In this document: positions 54,881-64,000 of the stretch, piece by piece
Layout of the letters: each line of letters starts with the position of its first letter
Position numbering within the stretch: the stretch's first letter is position 1
NCBI GenBank assembly: GCA_964016885.1
Contig: CAXHJY010000528.1
Location: forward strand, 6,236 to 70,235
Reading direction: 5' to 3'
Length of the DNA stretch: 64,000 nt
From: Eledone cirrhosa
Lineage: Eukaryota
Notes under the pieces: generated by a model
The model's database searches: none
What the model saw: the letters and a program-made list of their open reading frames with translations, nothing else
Told to the model about the DNA's origin: nothing
Position numbers and translations under genes: made by a program

Positions 54881-55156
54881 CATCATGAAGAAAACAGCGA
54901 GAAAAAGAAATACGACCTTTATACGTAAAAATAACCTTAAATATATATAAATATATATTTTACAAATAAAACTAAAAATAATATATATACCATTCTGTGT
55001 CATATTTAAACACAGTCTCCCTTGGTTACGAGACGAATAGGAAAGCCGTATTTTATCGATTTTTCGCTTGATTCAAAAAACTTATGAAGTTCTTTAATAT
55101 CTATTTTGTAATTTATGGCAAACAGCTGCTGTTTAAAACTAAAATTACATATATAC

Positions 55157-55208
<52 letters not shown>

Positions 55209-55373
55209 ATATATATATATTGGTTGTGTAGTTTTTTGTAGTGCGTGCAATATATACACAAACACATATTTATTGGTTGTGTAATATTTTTGGTAGTGGC
55301 TTGCAGATCAACCGCCCCCCCCCCCCCACGCCCCCCTCCCCCCCGCCCCGCCCCCCACACGCACACACACACA

Positions 55374-55416
<43 letters not shown>

Positions 55417-55755
55417 GCCATCGCTTTTTACACATGCCCTACAAACTTCGACATTCATCACCATCTCTCTGACCTCATCTACACTATCCATTCCTCAATC
55501 TTTCACCAGGCTATCAAAGTAATATATTTTCCTTCTATCCGACTTGTATCTCCATCTGACAGTTCCACGGAATAAGTTCAAATGAAGAACGCAGTGACCT
55601 GCAAGTTTAATTTCTCCTCTATTTTAGCTTTACCGTTACTAGTGGAAGTTTTGCTAATACAATTCGTTGTACACGAAATGTCCTGTGCACTGCGCAACAT
55701 CAACTCCGTTTTCTAGTTATTTTGTTATTACTCTATGCTTCTTATTCACACAAGA

Positions 55756-56505
55756 GTATGGTATGATATGGGCCGTAACTCATGAGGAGTCATAGGTGTC
55801 CGGTTTGACATACGGTGTTTCTAGAGCATTTACAGTAGATTTCAGCCAGAGAAAGATACACATGGTGAGAGAAAAGAAGTAAGAAAGAGATACAGTGATA
55901 TAGAGCAAGAATCGACTCCAGTGCTTGACTGGTATATTTTATTGGCCTCCAAAGGGTGAAAAGTAAAGTTGACCTCGGTGGAATTGGAACTCCGAGAGCA
56001 GAGAGCTGGAAGCAATTCCATAAAACATTCTATCTGTCGTTCTAACGACTGTCAAATTAGCTGCCTCATAATTCATATGGCATGCTATGGTCCGTACCTC
56101 CCGATAGAATCACATTTCTTGGACACTTTCAGCCTGGTAGCACCCATAATTCTCTAGGCCTGAATATAGCGGATTTCGATAAACGTATATCATATCATTT
56201 ATCGACCTCGAAAGAATGATGGCAGAGTTGAGCTCAGTGGATTTGACTCAGAGAGCCGAGAGTTGGAACGAACACCATAAAACATTCTATCCAACGTTGT
56301 AACGACTCTACCATTCGCTGTCATATAGCAGGCCTTGCAGATAATTTACTCCTCGATAAACGTATATCATAACATGTATCGATCTGGAAAGCATGAAGGC
56401 TAAGTTAACCTCGATGGGATTTTGAACTTAGAGAGCAGAGAGCCGAAATGAAATACTACAACGCATTTTATCCAACGTTCTAACGATTTTTGCCAATTCC
56501 TGCCT
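55756..56505 (-). mobile_element. Three family D SINE copies (55756-56066 long; 56197-56325 and 56375-56505 heads)
   Basis: Repeated GTTGACCTCG..GGATTTGAACTC.GAGAGC.GAGAG..CATTCTATCC..CGTTCTAACGA segments. Confidence 0.7.
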
Positions 56506-56892
56506 CACACAACCTGAGCGATCTCTAATATTGCAATAGAAATCATGTCGTTAAGCCTTCAGTTTATCCGTGATGTCCACATCCTCGTCAGATTGTGGAA
56601 CGCTTTCGAATATTTTCTTCAAACCAAGGACTAATATAACAGGTTTTTTGTTAGGCCGTGGTCACCCTTAATGGTTCATCTATGAGCCAAAATATGTACG
56701 ACTTTTGACCTTCCAAGATAGATGAAGCAAAAAAGGGTTCTAAGTGGCGTATTAATTTTTATCTTCATCCTCTCTCCTCAGTTCAATCATATACAGAATT
56801 GTTTAGAAGATCAGTTAAAATACTCCAAACCAAAGGACGCAAAAGATAGGTCAGTAGGAGTTACGTAGAGAACATGGAGGAGAATGTGTGTG

Positions 56893-56920
<28 letters not shown>

Positions 56921-56926
<6 letters not shown>

Positions 56927-57420
56927 CAGGAAAGAAGATTGACATGGTTTGCTATACAAAAAAGGGTTTTAATCTCATTGCTGACAATTGTTTCTCTGAA
57001 CTGGTAGGTCTAGAGATCGCTATTCGCTTGTTTTCACGTTACTCGATCGCCAATACAAAATTATAACCAGTCAGTTCTTTTTCTTCGCATGCTCCGAAGA
57101 ACTGACTGGTTATAATTTGCATTGGCGATCGAATAACGTGAAAACAAGCGAATAGCGATCTCTAGACCTACCTGTTCAGAGACACAATTGTCAGCAATGA
57201 GATTAAAAACCTTTTTTGTATAGCAAACCATCTCATCTTCTTTCCTGATTTATTATTACTCCAAGTGTTTACAACATAGGAATTACAGCATACTCGCAAC
57301 ATCACTATGAAAATGCCTTGTTGAGTCAAACCAAGCCAAGCGTTGATATCATCACTACCCGGAATACCATAACTGGACTACACCTAAGTGGACTGCATAT
57401 GACTATTATTTGTTACCCCG
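56921..57420. mobile_element. Fold-back PLE mini-element with large-helix-II hammerhead (57090-57196)
   Basis: ~157-bp arms 56921-57079 / 57098-57253, 167-nt tail; TGCT-CCGAAGA-[80 nt]-GACAC (GAAAC in the mirror arm)-AATT-GTC-AGCA. Confidence 0.82.
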
Positions 57421-57422
57421 TA

Positions 57423-57501
<79 letters not shown>

Positions 57502-57892
57502 ATATATATATATAGTATATATATTATATATATATATGAATATATATATATATATATGTATATATAAATATATATACATATATGAATGTATATATGTATA
57601 TATTTATATTGGTAAAAGGAAAAGAAAATGGTGCCAAATTGTTCCAGTGAAAAATAGTTTAAATAGGAATAAGTAAAAATGAGTAATAAGTATTGGTTAG
57701 TATTCAGTTTTAGTTTTAAGTTTTTACCGGTTGCGCATTTCTAATGCTTTTAAAAAATAATTTTGAGATAGAGCGCCGTGATGTTTGCTCTAATCTAATA
57801 TATATATATATATATAGATATATATGAATGTATATATATATATATATGTGTGTGTGTGTGGGGGTGTGTATATATATATATATATATGAATG

Positions 57893-57924
<32 letters not shown>

Positions 57925-57926
57925 CA

Positions 57927-58135
57927 ATATATTAATAAATGGAAACTATATTTATAAAACCATATTTATTTTATTATATATATTTCAAGAACAACCAAGG
58001 CAAATTATGGTGCGCTTTCAATATATTGTGTATTTTACTCCACTAAGCTGTTGAGTGCTTTATATCAGTTATAAAAAGTTTAAGCTTGTTGAATCCCAAC
58101 ACATTAATTATAACCTCTGCATATATTAAATTATA
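57927..58135. mobile_element. Collapsed copy of the 39.7-kb fold-back family
   Basis: Tail-less arm (minus) broken inside the ribozyme core at GCTTTCA, joined to the plus-oriented tail matching 39661-39757 inverted. Confidence 0.75.
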
Positions 58136-58192
58136 TATATCGTGTGTATGTATATATATATATACATATATAAATGAATGTATATATATATA

Positions 58193-58250
<58 letters not shown>

Positions 58251-58301
58251 ATATATATATATGTATGTATATATATATATATGTATGTATACATATATAT
58301 A

Positions 58302-58332
<31 letters not shown>

Positions 58333-59086
58333 AATACATATTTATATATATTTATATATGTATATTCGTATGGATGTATATATATATATATATAAATGTA
58401 TAATTATATATAAACGTATATAGTTTTCCATATAACCCCCCCCCCCCCCCCCCACACACACACACTGACGCGACACACACACACACACACACACAAACAC
58501 ACACAAAACACACACACACACACACACACAAACACACACAAAACACACACACACACATATATATATTAGAATCACATTGTGCTAATCCCCGTCTCTAATT
58601 TTAATCTAGAGATTTGCTTTATAAATTTACAAATTTAGCTTTGTTTTACTTTGTCTTACTTTGGTTTACTTTCGATTTTGTACTATAAATTGTCCTCTTC
58701 TTTGCGGTTGTTGTTGGGATTTTCACCGCATTAAATCTCATATTGTCTCTCAGCAATTATCGATTTCCAAGATTCTGCTATTCCTGAATATATTTATCTT
58801 GTCTTTTATTATACCATTCCGGTAGACCAGTAGATTGCCCTGGGTTGATTAGTTTCTCGTAATTTTATCTTTTTGCACCCGTTTTAATCCTCTATGTCGT
58901 TGCTTAAGAATACTGTCTCAGTTTTCTTTCTATTTTTGATGCAAACAAATTTGCAATTACGAATAACCGAATAACGGTTCACGTAATTTTAATAGAAATG
59001 TGTATATGTATATACGTACACGTATATGTATATATACACATATACACACACGAATAATTAAATACACACACACTTATATATATATG

Positions 59087-59117
<31 letters not shown>

Positions 59118-59191
59118 GAAATGCTTATATATTTATATATATATGTATACACATACACACACATACACATACAACAGGTTTATATATACAT

Positions 59192-59549
59192 GGTGGCTGC
59201 CAACTCGTTTTCGAGTACGGCCCCTACTTAATATCCATGTAGGAGAACCCCTACCGATGCACTGAACGAGTGTGACTTTTTAGTCCAGCCTGCGACATGA
59301 AAACTCTGGTACAAACACTACACTTGTGACAATTATTGACACATAGTGCTGGGCCCATGGTACCATGTGACGACATGTGCAGAGAGATCTCCAGATATAA
59401 AGTAATGCCTGTGCCGTGAAGCTTTTATAGTGAGCAAAGGCATTGCACAAAACCAGTCCCACTCTCTTAACCAAGATGATATTTACCAAAAAGAAGAACA
59501 AGTCAACATCATTGGATACCATCAGGGTTGCAGGTGTTATATCAGAGTT
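59192..59549 (-). mobile_element. Fifth copy of the RTE-derived element (5'-truncated)
   Basis: Colinear with 22023-22380. Confidence 0.85.
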
Positions 59550-59558
59550 TTATATATA

Positions 59559-59635
<77 letters not shown>

Positions 59636-59640
<5 letters not shown>

Positions 59641-59772
59641 CAAAAGACGGTTAAAAGAGTTCCATATATTTGATTATGCGCATTTCAAAAACAAATATCA
59701 TCATGGGATGATATTTGCGTTCTAATCAGATAAAATAGGGAGACATGATATGAAGCTTAAAAAACACTTGCG
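59636..59772 (-). mobile_element. PLE pseudo-LTR remnant with hammerhead motif (59668-59736)
   Basis: Inverted homolog of 28585-28720; abuts (TA)n. Confidence 0.75.
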
Positions 59773-60034
59773 AGCAGTGAAGTGTTAAATCAACATTTGA
59801 GAAATGAAATAAGATGGACAAATGAGATTGGAAAAAAGGAAAGGAACTGGGAAGGAAAAGGTGAGGAAGAGGAAGAATATAGATAGAAGAAAAAAATATA
59901 TATATAATAATAAGGAAAGGATGACGGAGGAGGAGTATAATAAGGAAGGATGAGAGAGGAGGAGAAAATGAGTGAGAGAGAGAGATAACCTTTAATACTG
60001 AGAAACAATGTCTCAGAGAAAAATAAAAAAAAAA

Positions 60035-60182
60035 CGTTGTAAGATAATACAATATTTGCATTGCTTTATTGTGGTACAATAAAACTCACCTCCTACATAT
60101 ATATATATATATATATATATGTAGGAGGTGAGTTTTATTGTAGCACAATAAAGCAATGCAAATATTGTATTATCTTACAACG
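60035..60182. repeat. 63-bp inverted repeat centred on (TA)n
   Basis: CGTTGTAAGATAATACAATATTTGCATTGC..CTCACCTCCTACA-(TA)n-TGTAGGAGGTGAG..TTATCTTACAACG. Confidence 0.9.
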
Positions 60183-60297
60183 GTTTTTTAAAATTTATAT
60201 ATATATATAGATAGATAGATAGCTACATAGTTAGATCGATTGATTGATAGATAGAGAGATGTGTGCGTATATATATATATATAAATATATATATATA

Positions 60298-60712
<415 letters not shown>

Positions 60713-61251
60713 ACCGGGAGGGAGGGGGGGGGGGGGTAGACAAGGGGTGTAACACCCCACTTGCCGGACTTTGTAATGGGTAACCCCTGCTTACAAAGTT
60801 AGACGTAAGATTTTCTTATATATTTTTATCGTTTCCCTCTATATTTCCTCCTTCCCCCATCCCTTCCTAGTCCTTCCACTCCAGTTCTCCTTTTTGTCGT
60901 CGTTCTTTTCACCTTCTGGCCCACCCCGAGGCAGCCCTTCGGTCCTCCGTAGCCTCAGTACCCCCACCCCTCATTCTATGATAAAATTGGCCGACTCCGC
61001 TTTTTATAGCAGATGTGCTAGACCCCAGATACTTGCTTTCTTATCTGATTGCTGCCCCATTTCCGTGATTTCTAGATTTCTTAGTGGTATCTCTGCTTTA
61101 GTTTTTCGTATATCAGAATTTTGTTTCGGGGGGGGGGGGGGGGATTCTAAATTAAATTTCGTATTAACTTCTTCTTATATATCGTACGAGCATTTATGTA
61201 GTTTGCATTATAATTTATGTATTGTAGCGGAACTCTTATATATCGTATTAG

Positions 61252-61492
<241 letters not shown>

Positions 61493-61683
61493 ATATATAT
61501 AAATAATATATATATATAATATATATTATATATATATATTATATATTATATATATATATATTATATATATATATATGTATATATTTATATATTATATATA
61601 TATATGTATATCTTTCATTATATGTAAGTTCCCAAACAGACCCATTGTATTGAATCTTTGTTGGTTTTTTCAATAAACAAATA

Positions 61684-61830
61684 TCATTATTTCTGAAGAC
61701 AGCATATATATGTGTAGGGTGTGTAGGTATGTATATTCCCTCTGATAGTTTGTAAAATTTTTACATAGATCTATAGTATATGCATACCAACACTAACATA
61801 TATATCCTAGAAACGATCGTAAAATGATGA
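61684..61830 (+). ncRNA. Hammerhead motif with 110-nt helix II insert
   Basis: TCATTATTT-CTGAAGA-[110 nt]-GAAAC-GATC-GTA-AAATGATGA: 9-bp stem I (one G-U), palindrome ACGATCGT; relative at 26750-26858 (-). Confidence 0.72.
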
Positions 61831-61912
61831 ATTTTGTAATATAACGAACTGTTTCTTTGTTTATTCATTATTTTAGTAATTTATATTTATATATATATAT
61901 ATATATTATATA

Positions 61913-61943
<31 letters not shown>

Positions 61944-62150
61944 TGTATATATATATATTATATATATATTATATATATATATTATATATATATATATTAT
62001 ATATATATATATTATATATATATATATTATATATATATATTTATTATATATATATATATTATATATATATATTTATTATATATATATATATTATATATAT
62101 ATATATATTATATATATATTATATATATATATATATTATATATATATTAT

Positions 62151-62227
<77 letters not shown>

Positions 62228-62315
62228 AATATATGTATCTATATATATATAATATATATATATATATATTATATGTATATATATATACTATATATATATA
62301 TATATTATATATATT

Positions 62316-62352
<37 letters not shown>

Positions 62353-62544
62353 GGTGGAGAGTCGGACGCCAGGCATTGTAGCATAGAGTTACGGCCCTTT
62401 ATGATCTGAACTCAAATCCCGCCGAGGTTAAAGTTGCCTTTTATCCTTACGGGGTCGATAAATAAGGTAACTGTCAGGCACTGGGGTCGATATAATCGAC
62501 GTTCTGCTCCCTCACAATTGCTGGCCTTGTGCCTATATAAGAAA

Positions 62545-62545
<1 letters not shown>
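62353..62545 (+). mobile_element. Family A SINE
   Basis: GCATAGAGTTACGGCCCTTTATGATCTGAACTCAAATCCCGCCGAGG..GGGGTCGATAAA..GGCCTTGTGCC. Confidence 0.85.
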
Positions 62546-62608
<63 letters not shown>

Positions 62609-63050
62609 ATATAGATATATAGATATACATATATATGTATATACTTATACAAATATACATGTGTAAATATAAACATACATATATATAAACATACATATAT
62701 ATAAACTTACATATATATAAACATACATATATAAACATATATATATATATACACATACACTCATACATGAGTATACACTTCCTTATCTCTACGATCCAGT
62801 ACAATCTACTAAGGACACAGGACAGGTATAGTGAGAAGGAGTCGTTTGATGCCTTGCGTATTTATACATGGCACATTAGTAAGGGTTTTGCAAAAATCTG
62901 CTACATTTCCTCCCGTTAGTGCTACTTCACTGATGTCTAGCACAAAGACCTCTACGAACGAAGCTTTTAAAAGTTTCTTTACACGTTATTAACCATATTG
63001 AAACTATCTATTAACCCACGTAGTTTCCTTTTATGATGCATTATAGCAAG

Positions 63051-63150
63051 ACGCTATTACATAAGATGTAGCTACTCCTATATATCTAGCTTCATAAATA
63101 ACGGATGGGAAAGCATGTATACGCAAAGACGCACGCAAGCCCATACAAAT

Positions 63151-63181
<31 letters not shown>

Positions 63182-63182
63182 G

Positions 63183-63238
<56 letters not shown>

Positions 63239-63338
63239 ATGTATTTATATTTGTATGGGCTTGCGTGCGTCTTTGCGTATACATGTCTTCCCATCCGTTA
63301 TTTATGAAGCTAGGAGTAGCTACATCTTATGTAATAGC

Positions 63339-63340
<2 letters not shown>
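63051..63340. repeat. ~290-bp palindrome centred on (CA)n(TA)n(TG)n
   Basis: ACGCTATTACATAAGATGTAGCTACTCC..GCCCATACAAATA mirrored by TATTTGTATGGGC..GGAGTAGCTACATCTTATGTAATAGCGT. Confidence 0.9.
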
Positions 63341-63384
<44 letters not shown>

Positions 63385-63508
63385 GCTCAAACAAAATATA
63401 TATATATACATTCTCCCACACATACTTATATATTTACATACGCACTCACACACACATAATATATATTAGAATGCATACTCTCTCACACACACAGGTCAGG
63501 ATTTTACG

Positions 63509-63710
63509 CACTCACTGTTTGGTTGGTTTTCGCTTCTGTATCTCTTATATCTCCATAGTTAATTTATTTGGCAATCAATTATTATCATTGATAGACCAAC
63601 GGTTAAACATACAGATATAAATATATAAATATATATATATAGTCTATGAAAGATCTTTTGGTGCACATCTGCAACAACATTAGTGGTACTATATTTTTTT
63701 TATTTTTTTA

Positions 63711-63765
<55 letters not shown>

Positions 63766-63890
63766 AATAAAATAAAAATGTCGTAGACATAATAATACAA
63801 TACAATATGGGGGAACATAATTGATTACCAAATGAATTAACTATGGAGATATAAATGATACAGGAGCGAAAATCAACCAAACAGTGAGTG
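63509..63890. repeat. Diverged 74-bp inverted repeat (63509-63582 / 63817-63890)
   Basis: CACTCACTGTTTGGTTG..ATATCTCCATAGTTAATT..AATCAATTAT versus its reverse complement. Confidence 0.8.
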
Positions 63891-64000
63891 GTTCTGTTAT
63901 TATTTCTGGCAATATTATTACAACAATATGTCCCTCCCATGTATAACAATATATATATAAGCTTCTGGCTTGTATCTGCCGTTATTACTTCTTGTTGTTT

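Noticed and set aside
56510-56880. Possible host exon in higher-complexity islands (also 48785-48990, 31760-31990, 62800-63050)
   Set aside because: No sustained ORF, recognisable domain or convincing splice pair could be found by eye.
57725-57800. Additional hammerhead (minus strand GAAATGCGC..)
   Set aside because: No CUGANGA half or NUH triplet with a closing stem I was found.

Overview
Very AT-rich, microsatellite-saturated eukaryotic non-coding DNA; the SINE types and repeat landscape suggest a cephalopod (octopus-like) genome, which is an inference. No host gene exon could be supported, and nearly all long ORFs in the track are (TA/CA)n translation artefacts. The real coding remnants are retrotransposon-derived: a CR1-group RT fragment (5.25-6.13 kb) and CR1-like 3' end (8.2-8.6 kb), restriction-like-endonuclease LINE 3' ends (21.3 and 25.4 kb), an RTE RT fragment (48 kb), and a 3.8-kb Penelope-like element (PLE; RT + GIY-YIG, 49.4-53.2 kb) with ~710-bp inverted ends. 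The main hidden signal is that the short 'unique' islands between (TA)n tracts are mostly small fold-back elements of a dozen or more unrelated sequence families. They share one architecture: (TA)n - inverted arm - arm plus an unpaired 55-170 nt tail - (TA)n. Most carry a type-I hammerhead ribozyme motif (stem I-CUGANGA-stem II-GAAA-palindromic stem III-NUH-stem I), several with oversized (46-110 nt) helix II inserts. The autonomous-type PLE at 49-53 kb has the same architecture. Also present are a ~600-bp RTE-derived non-autonomous element (5 copies, with an expanding 159-bp module), many tRNA-derived SINEs (often as inverted pairs), a Tc1/mariner-type MITE trimer, TA-centred palindromes and multi-kb compound satellites. 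All motif calls were made by eye; coordinates are approximate to a few bases.
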